Source of the DNA: Cirrosporium novae-zelandiae
Lineage: Eukaryota
Assembly (NCBI GenBank): GCA_026023565.1
Contig: JAPETS010000031.1
Location: 186,001-250,000, forward strand
Reading direction: 5' to 3'
Length of the DNA stretch: 64,000 bases
Below the pieces are notes generated by a model. That model worked only from the letters and a program-made list of their open reading frames with translations. It ran no database searches and had not been told where the DNA came from. Shown here in pieces: positions 39,255 to 51,428 of this stretch. The position numbers were made by a program, and so were the translations under genes. Position 1 is the stretch's first letter, and the number at the start of each line of letters is the position of its first letter.

Positions 39255-39491
39255 AGAGTGGCAGTTGGTTCTCGTTGTTTTTTATCCATTTATGCCTTTG
39301 TTATGGAACACCGCGGACCATGTGGGAAGTTCGCTCCGAGGGTCCGAAGGAAGCCCCTGGCCCAAAAGGGTCTTCGGAGTCAAGGGAATCCCTTAATGCC
39401 GAAACGGACATTCGAATCCAAATCTCCTCTAGCAGCCAAGTTTTGTGTAATTAAAGGGACGAGCGAATAACACGCGGCTAGCATATACTCT
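39255..39491 (+). ncRNA. Candidate structured ncRNA with RNase P/MRP-like CR-I and CR-V motifs
   Basis: GC-rich island in AT-rich intergenic DNA; GTGGGAAGTTCG at 39322-39333 and ACACGCGGCTA at 39470-39480; several nested stems with G-U pairs favouring the plus strand. Confidence 0.35.
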
Positions 39492-40186
39492 CTAAAGTAA
39501 CTGACAAGCATATTGCTATAATAATGACTCGAATAAATAGGCACATCTTCAGAATAAAATGATTCTGAATCCTTAGGCAGTATTTCTCTGTACTGTACAA
39601 TCCTAAGTAGATAAATACCTAGTTATACCTGTGAGGTTGTGGGATTGCCAGACTGCTATTTATATTACTGTGTGTATCTACAGTACTTTTTAACTATGCA
39701 TTATCTCCAACATGATAAATATAAAAGTCGAATTCTAATCAAAAAAAACTAATTTTGAATCAAAATTTCGTCTTGCATCAAGGCCTTCCTCAAGGCGAAT
39801 TCAGGGTCGCTTCTTATTAATATCTTCGGTAGTTTAGTGGGTGAGAAGGCTAAATACTACCCTAATGGTCTAGTGTTGTGTCCTGTAGGCTATAATTAAT
39901 TAGACACATAACAACACTAATGTAAGAAAAAAAACCAAGGTAACAAGCAAAATACACAAGGCCTGCCAGGACAATTCATCAGACAATTCATCAGACAAAT
40001 TTCCATGTCACGTGGAAGCGTATATCCCTGTCGCGATAACCTAAGCTATCAGCCTAACCGTTGATGTCACTTAAAGTGAACCCCAGCACATCTACTTTAT
40101 GTTAGAGCCTTTCTGACATCTGCGTTCCCATAATCTGAGCTCACTGATTAGATCTCTATCTTTCTACCCGAAGCTTTGTCGAACTA

Positions 40187-42499
40187 ATGTCTAAGAATAA
40201 GAAGGTTACTGACTTCTTCAAACCGCAATCCGCTTCCGAAGCTACTCCCCGATCATCACAAAATCTTGGGCCCAATGCTCATTTTCTAACGCGCACCCCG
40301 ACAGGGCCCAAAGATATTTCGCTGGGCCCCTCCCTCCCCAAATCATCTACAAGCGCTATCTATCCAACCCCTCCGAATGGAACTACTACCTCAAACTTGC
40401 CACATCTAGATGCTATCCATACGAGTGCCCCGCTGCAAGGTTCCTCGCAGGAGACTCCTAAATCGGCCGGGAGTGGGCAGCGAGTCTTGAAGAATGGCAT
40501 AATTGTTATTAAGAGTTCTGATGATGAGGAGGATTCATTGTCTGATTCATCTCTAGAGGATTTGGATGTCATTCTCTCGAGAGAAATACCAAATTTCAAT
40601 CAGTCCAAATATAAAGAGAATGGTTCTGGGACTGGTGTAACCCCAGCTAGGCAGGCCACCCAACCAAAAGTTGTTATTCGGACATCTGAAAGACGCCGGG
40701 CTTCACCATCTCCACTGCCACCAGTGACCAAATACAAGTTCTCTATAAATTCTCTTGTTGCCAATACGGAAATGAAAGCTGAAACGGAAAGTGAGGTTGC
40801 TAAAGCTAAAGCGAAGCTTGAAATGCTAAAGAAGGCGAATGACAAATGTTACATGGATGCTCTTGATGAGCTTTCGAAGCTAGATGACAAGGATAACCTC
40901 CTGTCTTCTATCATCGACGATGAAAATGAAGAAGACAAGTCAAAACATATGGACAAGGTTATGAATGCTATTTCTAGGACAGAGGCATTTCATCATGAGA
41001 AGAGCTGGTCGTTTTTCCGCTCCTCTGAAGATGGCCGCCATATAAAAGCACCAGATTTCCCTAGTGAAGCAGTATCAGACAAACGACTTGACATACTCAA
41101 AGGCAGGAGTCATTATTCTCTTTATTTCCATCTACTAATTTTGCAATTCAGATCCATGTTCCAGAAGATACGCTTTTCTCTCCGGGCTCCCTATAGAGCC
41201 CATAATTTCCAAGATTTTACCGGATGAAATTATTCTTTGGATGCTTGACTTGAGTTTGTCAGGTTTTCGATATTTCCAGGTATTTTATGCTAACAACTGT
41301 AGTCTCTATCGAACCCCGTAAAGATCTAAGACGCAGCTATGTAAATACTTTGGAGGTGAGTGTAGGATTGTACACCAGTCTATATTAATCTCATTATTCA
41401 ATGAGTAGGCTGCGGATCGGACGCCATTGATATTATCGCCGACAAAAATTCGGTCTCTATTTGAATTGATAGGGGCCAGATCTGAAGCAGTGGATACATC
41501 AAAACCTACAAACCCCACAGAACAACTGGAGACCGGTAAGTCCTTTCTGGCACCAAGCTTCTTCATTTGCTAAGATTGCTATGGACTCCACTTCTGTTGA
41601 CCTAGATAAACTCCTGGCGTTGCTAGAGTTGCTGTGTAAGGTGTCTACACGGTAAGCGCTTTGCTACCAATTTACAAGGTCTCAACTTATCTGACGGAGA
41701 CAAGATTGACCCAAGATTCGAAAGATTATGTCGCGTTAATCATTAGTCGGCTTGCCCTGGACTCATTCCTAATGAAAAATCCTCGAACCTGCCGTGCAAT
41801 AGAGTCATCTATGGCCACTTTCTTAGACTACGATGATGAACAAGGCCTAGACGTTTCGGTAGTCTTCTCTCTTTCACTATCCGCCCCTCATAGCTAACCA
41901 CAGCATAGCTCATCCGTTTAGGAGAAAAAATATTCGAAACAGTTCAGGACTCTCACTTGCGCCAGCGCCTCCTGCAGAACATGCCGCTCTTAACCACAGC
42001 AAGCATTGAATTACGCGCCCGCTTATCCCTAAGTTTTTTTTTCAACGATGCATCATACCTAGGCAAACCAGCAAGCAACTCGGAATATATTGAGAAGATC
42101 ACCACCAAATTGCAAACGAGTCACAAAAGCATCAACCGCCAGACGGATTATTCCGAGCTGGCCGCTATTGCGTGCATCCTCGATATTGCCATAGCCGCAG
42201 TACCTCAACCTTCCAAGCTGTCCGACTTCACAGCTATACGGGTCTTTAACGAGAAAGTTGATGCTCTGGCACAGGCGGTCAGAGATATCTCTGCCAAAAT
42301 TATGAACTCTGGAGCATCAGCGATGACGAGAACAGAAGCCAAGCAATCGCTTGAAGACTTGGAGCATTTCTTGCTTCAGACAGTCAGGACACAGCCACCT
42401 CCGAGGAAAACTGTCTATGGGGAATTTCGTTATGACGATGAGCAGGCCGCACGGCAGGCTATAAAGCGCTTTCTCGGCGGTCCACAGGCATCTACGTGA
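40187..42499 (+). CDS. Multi-exon conserved hypothetical protein, possibly Nse6/SLF2 (CANIN)-like Smc5/6 cofactor
   Basis: N-terminal KVTDFF; acidic SDDEEDS..LEDLD; KYKFSINSLV; DP..R..FLSG..LPDEIILWML; C-terminal FNEKVDALA..GASAMTRTEAK..VRTQP. About 6 short introns. The family call is from recall only. Confidence 0.6.
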
Positions 42500-42772
42500 T
42501 ATCGAGGGAACTGAAGTGAAATTGTTCACGATGCCAAAACTTTAAATATTCCAGGAATCGGTGGCTGAAATAATCTTCACTATCTAATGTCGCTAAATTT
42601 CGTGCTAATGCTTATACTACATGCTTCTAAGTGCTGTGGCTAGAAATACTACTAATTTATGGATGAATTGTAATGACTATTAAGGAGTTTGTCGGTTTTG
42701 CCAAATCAGTATCAGTAGTCTGATGCCGAGTATATCCTTCCAAGGTGATCGAAACCTCGAGTATGTACGCTC

Positions 42773-43624
42773 TTAGTCATAGAATCTGCGATTCTCGTTC
42801 TTGCCAAACAACGTCATCCTGAACGATGGCAGAGCTTCGGTTTGCAAGAGTCTCAGCCGCTCTTCGAAAGTGTTGTTGATATCGATTTTGCCGTGGCCTC
42901 CAACTACCGAGACACCTCCGTATCTGTATTGCATATTGTAAGAAAAAGCATCATTAATTATAGAAGAAGGGATAAGAACGTACGATCCTTCAGCGAGTGG
43001 GTCCTGCTCGTCGATGGTAATCTTGATTTCCCTTCCAGTTGTCTCTTTATACGTCTTCTTGGCGTCCTCAATTGATTTCTTGATGATATCGTAATCGGCC
43101 TTCCTGGCCCTCACCTGAACATCATCCTCGGAAAGAGCGTAAAGCCCCTCCAGGATCAGATTCTTAGAAATCTCTTGATATTTTCCCTTGTCCTTGGTCA
43201 CGCCGCCCAGCTCCTTGCTGGCCTTTTCGAACAGGTCATCCAGAAGAGCCTGCCGGGCACTGAGCACCTTCAGTCTCGTCTTGTTGGCGAGGGTAGACCG
43301 CGTTATCTGCTGGGACATGGAAGCCTGCTTGAATTTTTTGTCGTATTGGGTATCGATGGAGGAGGTTTCCTGGCGGACAAGCTTGGACTTTTCGATGGCG
43401 AATTCCTCGTCGGCTTTGATTTGGATTTCCTTTGCTTTTTCGAGGGCTTCTTGGCGGATGAAGGCCGTCATCTTCTTCAGCTCGCCGGCCACCTGGTGGG
43501 AAGAGATGCCAGTGTTAGCATGCATGAGGGGCTGCGTGTTCTAGGTCGGATCGGACTCTGTAGAGAACTTTGTAGAGAACGTTGTCCTTACCTGGTCGTC
43601 GGACAAGGCATGGTTTTGGGACAT
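42773..43624 (-). CDS. VMA4: V-type H+-ATPase subunit E
   Basis: MSQNHALSDDQ|VAGELKKMTAFIRQEALEKAKEIQIKADEEFAIEKSKLV..NNTFEERL..LFGKNENRRFYD. Introns ~43493-43591 and 42924-42983; probable 5'UTR intron 43724-43847. Confidence 0.97.
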
Positions 43625-44435
43625 GTTGACGGATTCTAGGAGTCGTTCGATGGAGAATAGGTACTGTGGAGAGAGATAGTAAAGAGTTCGAGATCGATCA
43701 AGCGGTGGGGGTTGTAAGGATCTCTATCAGGAACGGTGTGCGGGTCAGCAATTTAGAGGTTTGACCACATTTTCCAATTCAGAAAAATGAAGAGAGTGAC
43801 AGCTAGGAAGGAGGGGGGGTCACAAGATGCCCTGATTCAATACTCACCTACAGACTGACCAGGATAAATTATAGGCAAGAATAGAAGTACCAAGGTTGAA
43901 TTGTTGGGTGCAAATAAAGTAGATGGAGGTAAAGTAAAGTGGATTGATTGATTGATAGCTGAAGATGGTACTAATCCGTTTTGAGTGTGGAGCTCAAGCT
44001 GCTGGTTCAAGTTGGTTCAAGTTGGTTCAAGTTGGTGATGAAGCCGACGATCTTGACCTGGTTGCCCTAGTACTTCGAGTAGATTTGTGACTAGATCCGG
44101 TGGTCATTAACGCCTCATTGGTGCCCATCACTTGGCCATCAGTGCCATCATCATCAATTCATCGGAACGGGAAATGTCCGATATTCAACCAAAAGTACCA
44201 TTCTCTCATCTTCCTCTCACTCTCTCACACGTCCCTCGAATCAAATTAAACAACTGCTTCATCCACCTCTCCTCCTCCTCCTACATTCGAATCCCTCAGT
44301 TTTCAACGAAACAATATAACCCATAATATTATATCCAATACCCAAATGCCCTATCGGTCTGGGACCAATACATAAAACAAACTTTTTGTTTTCTCTCATT
44401 TTCTTACCGCCAGCCATCTTTCGCAACTCCAACCT

Positions 44436-44505
44436 AGAGAGAAAGAGAGAAAGAGAGAAAGAGAGAGAGAGAGAGAGAGAGGGTGAGAGCGAGAGAGCGA
44501 GAGAG
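44436..44505. repeat. (GA)n microsatellite
   Basis: Directly visible purine run. Confidence 0.9.
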
Positions 44506-44710
44506 TGTGTGCATAACCAATTATACATTTATTTAATTACATCCTGTGCCCATGGTTCTTGCCCCCAACTCCCTTCATTCCTGTTGAAATCCCACAATGT
44601 CGCCAGCGATATCGGCGCAGCAATCCTACAAAACAATTCAATAGAAAGGAAACTTCCTTACCCTCTTTTATAAGAATTCCAATTCCGACGTTGGCTGGGG
44701 CATACGCCAG

Positions 44711-46569
44711 ATGGGAGGACTTGGGGATCTCTCGCCCGAGGGCAGTGTTGCGGTATATCAAAAACCCTAAATTCATGATATCGCCTTCTTATTCCTCTAC
44801 TCTTCACCAAAATCTCTTGCGAAATTAATTACATTGGCTTATCTTATGGGTTCCATCATTCTAGATCGGTGTCCTAGTAGCGGTTATATCAACGAGCGTC
44901 CAGAGTCTAGGACTCACCCTCCAGCGCAAATCGCATATCCTAGAGGATGAAAAGGGCCCGTACGATGTGCGCAGGCCTCCACATAGGCGGAGGAGATGGC
45001 AGGTATGATATTCTAGCATTTGCGACTAAAGAAATCAAACAAAAAGAATCTAATCAAACTCTCTTTCTCTCTCCAGATCGGCATGCTCATGTTCGTTGTG
45101 TCAAATCTAGTCGGGAGTTCAATACAAATTACCACTCTACCGCTACCGGTCTTATCAACCCTCCAAGCAGTACGAACCCCCTCTCCCCGCGCTGGCGACA
45201 GCCCTCCCACGCACACTCTACTAACATTACAACTTTCAATCCCTCCCAGTCCGGCCTAGTATTCAACTCCCTCTTCGCCTCTCTAATCCTCGGCGAGCCA
45301 TTTACAAAATACTCCGCCAGCGGCACACTCCTCGTCTGCGCAGGCGCAACGCTGATCGCCGTGTTCGGGGCGATTGGCGAGCCGGCTCACAACCTCGACC
45401 AGCTGCTGGCGCTATTCAAACGCTGGCAGTTCATCGTGTGGGCAGCATGCCAAGGCGTCATCGTGCTGGTAGTGTTACTCGGGATTCGAGCGCTGGGGAT
45501 ACTGGGGAAATCGCTGCACAGTCCGCGGATGCGGCTGGCGAGGGGCATGGCCAATGGCTTCGTGTCCGGGCTCCTGTCGGCGCATACGCTGCTCCTGGCG
45601 AAATCGGCCGTCGAGCTCCTCGTGCGCACCATCGTCGACCAGGTGAACCAGTTCAATCGGTTCGAATCCTGGCTCATCCTGCTGGGGCTGATCACCCTGG
45701 CCCTCACCCAGCTCTACTACCTACACTGCGGCTTAAAACTAGTATCGACCAGCGTGCTCTATCCATTCATCTTCTGCATCTACAACGTAGTCGCGATCCT
45801 AGACGGACTGATCTACTTCCGTCAAATGTCCCGCCTATCCCTACTCCACGCGCTGCTAATCGCACTGGGAACACTGATCCTACTAGCGGGCGTCCTAGCC
45901 CTCTCCTGGCGCCTAGACGACGAGTCCTCAACCTCCACAAACCCAGCGGTAGCCCAAAGCACGCTAGCCCCCGGTCTCGGACTCGTCGACTCCCCGGAAC
46001 CCTCCTCCACCTCCCTCAGCCCCATAAACGACCTCGCCTCCTCAGACGAAGAAGCCGCCCTAGGCGGGGAACGGCAGCCGCTCCTCGGCGGCCCACCACC
46101 ACACCCATACCCACGCAGCCGCAAATCCCTCCCCCTAAAACCATCCTCCTCCTCCCTCCTCCGATCAACCCGTCGCCGGCGCCAGAGCATGATCGAAGCC
46201 GACGAAATCTGGGACGAGCTCCAGGACACCGACCCCCAATTCCTCCTCGAACAACCGAACTCCCATAGCCGTCGCAGCTTCAGCGCCCGAAGCGGACCTT
46301 TACCTGGCGGCGGGGGCCGATCTACCGACGCACTCGATGCTTATCATCACCCACACACCCGCTCACCATTACTGGGAGACCGCAAGGGAAAACGATCTCG
46401 AAGTTACGGGGGCAGACGCAACAGCGACATTTCCTCACAGCACACAACCGAATCGGAAAACGGCATCGGTGGTTCGAGATCTGGGCTTGAGCGTGGAGGG
46501 GGCGAGTGGTGGAAACTAAAGTGGTGGAAGGGGGGTAGCAGTCTGCATAAACCAGATAATAACAGATAA
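44711..46569 (+). CDS. NIPA/DUF803 family Mg2+ transporter-like membrane protein
   Basis: Spliced MGGLGDLSPEGSVA|IGVLVAVISTSVQSLGLTLQRKSH..RRRRWQ|IGMLMFVVSNLVGS..LSTLQA|SGLVFNSLFASLILGEPF..; multiple TM helices. Confidence 0.85.
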
Positions 46570-46662
46570 TTCACAATGGAAATGTAACCTACCTTACTAA
46601 GAGCATGCATGTGTTTTTTTTTTTTCAAAGGCAAAGGCGATGGTGGAGAGAGAGAACTGGCC

Positions 46663-46663
<1 letters not shown>

Positions 46664-46703
<40 letters not shown>

Positions 46704-46714
46704 TGCATGTGTGT
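46664..46714. repeat. (GT)n microsatellite
   Basis: Directly visible run. Confidence 0.95.
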
Positions 46715-47616
46715 GAATCTAGTAACATTTATATTACCCATGACAAACCAAACCAATCTACCTAGGATGCACTGTACTTACTATACGTTGGCACAGGGAC
46801 AGAGCATGTAGGATATATAAACGAATTTTACAGCCTTCAAAGACTTCAAAACCAAAAATTCAAAAGATGCCATCTTTCTTTTGCATGCATGAAGAATAAA
46901 AAAAACAAAAAATCACAATGAAAAACCGATCGATTCTACTTATGAGGAAACAAGGGCAGAGACGCGTGCTCAGATAGATTGGAAAAGTGATCCTTGGAAT
47001 AGAGAGTCATTAGAGCGAAGTAAGCTAATTATAATGTCTTGTCCAGAATCTAAGTGTGGAATTTGGAAATCACAAAACGCCTGCCCTTTGCCCGGGCATA
47101 ACCCGGTTGTGTCATAGTACGAGACATGGAACCAAGTCGTCAGCTTTCAGTATCGAGCAACTCTCAAGTTCTCAAGGAATAGGTTAGACATTCTTTCGGA
47201 GAAACAACCGACACAGCCTGGACGACAACTCTCAGGTTCGGGCTGACAAGAGAAATCACACGTCAAGTCCGACAAGTTAGTAATTTTAGACGACCTCTGC
47301 TTTCGACCATAGACAATACGAAATTTTCAATAAACGAGGTTCACACACAACACCAGATTCATCCTTCCGCCCATGATTATCGTTCAACAGCAAAGTTTCA
47401 CCATCAACGGCATGATAGAATGGGGTACAGATGCAACAAGAAGTTAAGGAAGGCCGCCCCGAATGCACCAAACACCACATCCCAAAACAATCACCTATTT
47501 CGAGGCGATTGAGGAATCGAAAACCCACGAATGCATGATATCTTCAAAGGATCCCATGGGTATTGAGGTAAGATCGAAAAGACATCGCATCAGGCCTGGC
47601 TGAAGGAGACGATCAT

Positions 47617-48416
47617 CTATGCCTGGCCTTGATGTTGCGTGGACATTCTTCCTGGAACCGGCATCGGATACGAACCACTGCTGCCTTGCTGCTGTTGCAT
47701 ATATTGCTGGTATGCAATTTGTTGTTGCTGGTCGGGAGTCATATAGGGAGGAGCCGAGGCTGGATGCATCGCAGCACCTCTCATGTTGGCCTGTTGTGAA
47801 GGAAGTTGAACGTGATTCACATCTTCCGGCGACTCTACGGCAGCCTCTCCATCAACGCCATTCTCGTTTGTAGATGCAGGATCCGGGGCATTCAGGCAAG
47901 CCTATTGGAAATTCAAGTCAGCTCAAGACCCCAATAGCATAGGCGTAGCAGACCAACCTGGATCAGATTCTTTCCTTCAGGCTTTGTCACCAGTGGTTGA
48001 AGTTTTGGTGTTGTAAAGGTATAGACTAGGCCAGTTTCCGATACGACGAGCAGGAGTACCTGGGTACCGGTGAGGACAGATAGCTCATATGCCTATGGTG
48101 GAAGACCACGTTAACAATTGAACGAGGACAGATGAAAAGCCAGCTTCCGGGACAACAAGACTACCTTTTTCATAATACCAGCTTTACGCTTGGAGAAAGT
48201 AATGTGTCGACGAGATTTGTCCTGGATGAACTTGATCTCAATCTTTCTCCTCTCGCGTCCCGGCTTGTCTTCATCATCATCATCGTCGTCGGCAGCGGTA
48301 GAAGGGCGAGGACGTTTGGTACCGCGACTTTCTTGAGCTTGGCCATTGCCGGTCGCGAGCGCGTCATCCTGCGCTGCAGGCGATTGTTGTTGATCAGGGT
48401 CGGTGATGTCGGCCAT
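47617..48416 (-). CDS. MCM1: SRF-type MADS-box transcription factor
   Basis: ERRKIEIKFIQDKSRRHITFSKRKAGIMKK|AYELSVLTGTQVLLLVVSETGLVYTFTTPKLQP..GKNLIQ|ACLNAPD; Gln-rich C-terminus. Confidence 0.97.
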
Positions 48417-49914
48417 GTTGAAACTGGACGTGCAGTGAGCAAACCGAAAGAGGTATCGTGTTTTGGAAGGTGGAGGTGGGACCTAACTGTTTGGGGTTTT
48501 GAGTTGCGAAACGGTTGAAGGATCCTGATTGAGGATGGTGGTTATTACAATCGGGCGAGGATCGATAATTGGCCCGACCGAGTTGATCAGTAACACTTGA
48601 CCTGATGCGTGTTCAGTAGGGAATTCTTGTAATATTCGGGCGCGTCTCTTTACTGCTTTCTTGCAGTGAGGTCAAGGGACAGCGCGTGCGAATCAAATGG
48701 GGGTAGTCAAGAATTGAAGGATAGGGTATCAAAGGCTTGGTTGTTCAGGATGCCAATGCCAATGCCAATGCGAGTGGATTGGGGGGGTAGGAAGTTTTTG
48801 GGGGGGGATGGGCCACTTTTTGACAACTTTGTGACCAGGATGGGTTAAGAAGAAAGAAAGTCGAGAACGGTAAGGAAGCGGGAACTACAACGATCGAAGA
48901 ACGGATGTCAGTCGTAGGCCAAGCTGGATACAGTTCTCTCTCTTCCTCTTCCTTTTTTTATTTTGGTTTTTTTGTTTTTTCCAAGCATGGGGGGGATTAG
49001 AGGTGATGAACTGCCATTAATTGGTTCAATGTAGAGTACACAGGGACTTTTGAACTTGAACTTGGACTTACTTGTTAGACAAGATTTGGCTTGGTTTGGG
49101 GTCTTTTTTTTTAATTTTTTTTTTATTTTTTTCCTCTTCTCTTTTTTTGGGTCTTTTCTGTGATAATTGAAATTGGGAGAGGGGGAGGGGGGGTGGAATG
49201 ATGAATTTGATTTTCAGACTTCTTTTACTCTTCAACGGGAAGGCGTAGGAGAAGGAAGGCTTTTTTGGGATTAAGAGTCGAAGACAAGTTGGGGTAAAGC
49301 GTGAGTCGATCGAGGGGACCGAGGACATTCAAAGGAGAAAGGAAGTTCTTGGAGAGGAAAAGCGAAAAAACCGAAGGGGGGGGGATGGGTGTGCATATGT
49401 TAATTGGTTGTGATGTTAGTTGTGAATTGTATGGGTGTGGGTGTGTGTGGTTGGCAATAGTAGCACACACTCACACATACACTCACACAGACACTCACAC
49501 AGACACCCACAGATACCCACAGACACCCACAGGCACACACAGGCAGTACAGCGAGTCGCTCACAGGGCGAAGGGGTCAAAAAAAAAGAGGATGACAATGA
49601 ATTCTGGAACTAACCTAAAGAGGATGCTCGAGGAGGGCCACCGAGGAATAGTACCTCAGATGGGCGTGAGCGACTGTTTGGTTGACTGTGAACTGTTGGA
49701 TCAGTTTGCGGCTGCTTGATTTGCTTGACACCTTTGACTGTTGGACCTTTGGGGTAAAGAATCCAATTGTAATTTTTGGTCTTTACTTCAAATAGCTGAG
49801 GGTTATGTGGGCTTGGACTCTAAAATACTCAGAAAGGGAAAGTGCGTGGATGAAGTGATTAGGGGATGACCAACTAGTTGGAATTAGTTAGAGTGGACCC
49901 CAAGGCCCCAAGGA

Positions 49915-49965
49915 GAACCCAAGGAACCTAAAGAACCTAACGAATCTAAAGAACCTAACGAACCG
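49915..49965. repeat. Degenerate 9-bp tandem repeat (GAACCTAAA/C)
   Basis: gaacctaaa gaacctaac gaatctaaa gaacctaac gaacc. Confidence 0.8.
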
Positions 49966-50627
49966 AAGCCAGCGATTCTCAGTCCGTGACAGTCAGCGAG
50001 AGTTTAACCGAGACAAGAATAAATTTTAACTATGTCCACATAACCAATAAGGATTAGTCCTCCACTATGACAGGGATGGGAATAATGAAAATAGTAAAAG
50101 TGGGGTGTCTTTCTCCTTCACTCTTTTCTTTCAACCCCCCCCCCCTTCTTCTTGGCACACAAAAGAAGTAGAGAGTCGAGGGAAGAAATGGCGTGACTGA
50201 CTACCTTTACTGCTACTATTACTCCTACTAACTGTAACCGAGGCCTGGACTTGTTCGAAATGGAAAATTGATTGGACTAAATCCGACCTTGGGTGAGACT
50301 GTCAGTGTTGCCTTGACTTTTCAGCTTTGCCCTGGTTACTTGGACTGACTTCGAGTCCTTTTGTCAATTGTCCAACAATCAACTACAGATGCGGGGAACT
50401 CCAGTTGATGAGATTCAATTGAACTGTTCGGTGGAGGGAATAACATGAGCGGGCACGGAGGGTCAACAGCGCTTCCCTTCAAGTAGAAACGATTGGCAGT
50501 GGGGAACCTGTACTTTTACAGGGTGGTAAAGGACCCAGGAGAATTCCTCACGGCATCTTACATGTGTACATGTGTACATGCATACGTACGTGCGTGCGCC
50601 CATAGGAGGCGATAAGTAAGTACCTAG

Positions 50628-50680
50628 GTATCTTAGCATATCTGGCATATCTAGCATATCTCGCACATCTAACATATCTT
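50628..50680. repeat. Degenerate 9-bp tandem repeat (TAGCATATC)
   Basis: tagcatatc tggcatatc tagcatatc tcgcacatc taacatatc. Confidence 0.8.
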
Positions 50681-51428
50681 GCCTCATCTTGGTTGGAATG
50701 TCACCTCGGAAAAAGTCGGCCGTCGCACAATCATGATTGATAAGCGAACACGCTAAGAACCTAACATGTACCTTCGTACTCGTACTCACACATCCATACA
50801 AACTATGCAAGGTTAATGCATCCATGCCAGGCTGCTTTGTGAAACATTACCACGACATTATTTTGACACAGGATTAATTACATATACGCACACACATACC
50901 GTCAGTAAAGACAAGGACAAATATATCTATCCATCAAATTCTTCCACCAACACTTCATCGAGCCATTGTAAATAAAATATATAATTACCAAATGACTTGG
51001 ACCCTCCAACTTATTTATCATGTTCAAGTTATCCTTTTAGTCTTTGCAACCTGATACAATGACAGCCTCTGCTTTCTGGTTCCAGCCAAACACCCGAAAC
51101 CACCTATGTTGCAAAAAACCCTCCTGACACTGCAGCCATGATTTATGCATCTTTCAACGGTTTTTTTTTCATGCTTCACTATCTCTTACTCCTCCTCTTT
51201 CCCCTCCTTTCTTCCCTTTTATCGCATATTGTTGTTCTTTTAATTCTTTCTATCACCACATTTCTTGATAGACCTGTTTACTTGGCTATTATCCATTTTT
51301 CATTCTTTACGCATCTGATTTTTCGTGAGCGCTGGTCGCAAACTTTCTCTATTCTCTCGCTCTTCTACTTAGCAAATACCCCCCCCGCTTTTGACTGGAA
51401 CTCTCCTCTCTATCAAACGGCCGTCAAA

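Noticed and set aside
39338..39357. GAGGGTCCGAAGGAAGC resembling SRP RNA helix 8
   Set aside because: The loop is 3 nt rather than GNRA, the CAGG/AGCA symmetric loop is incomplete, and no fungal Alu-domain start is seen.
39384..39445. Group I intron P/Q-like words (GGGAATCCCTTAA, GCAGCCAAG)
   Set aside because: No R (CAGACTA) or S (AAGATATAGTC) elements, and no host exon.
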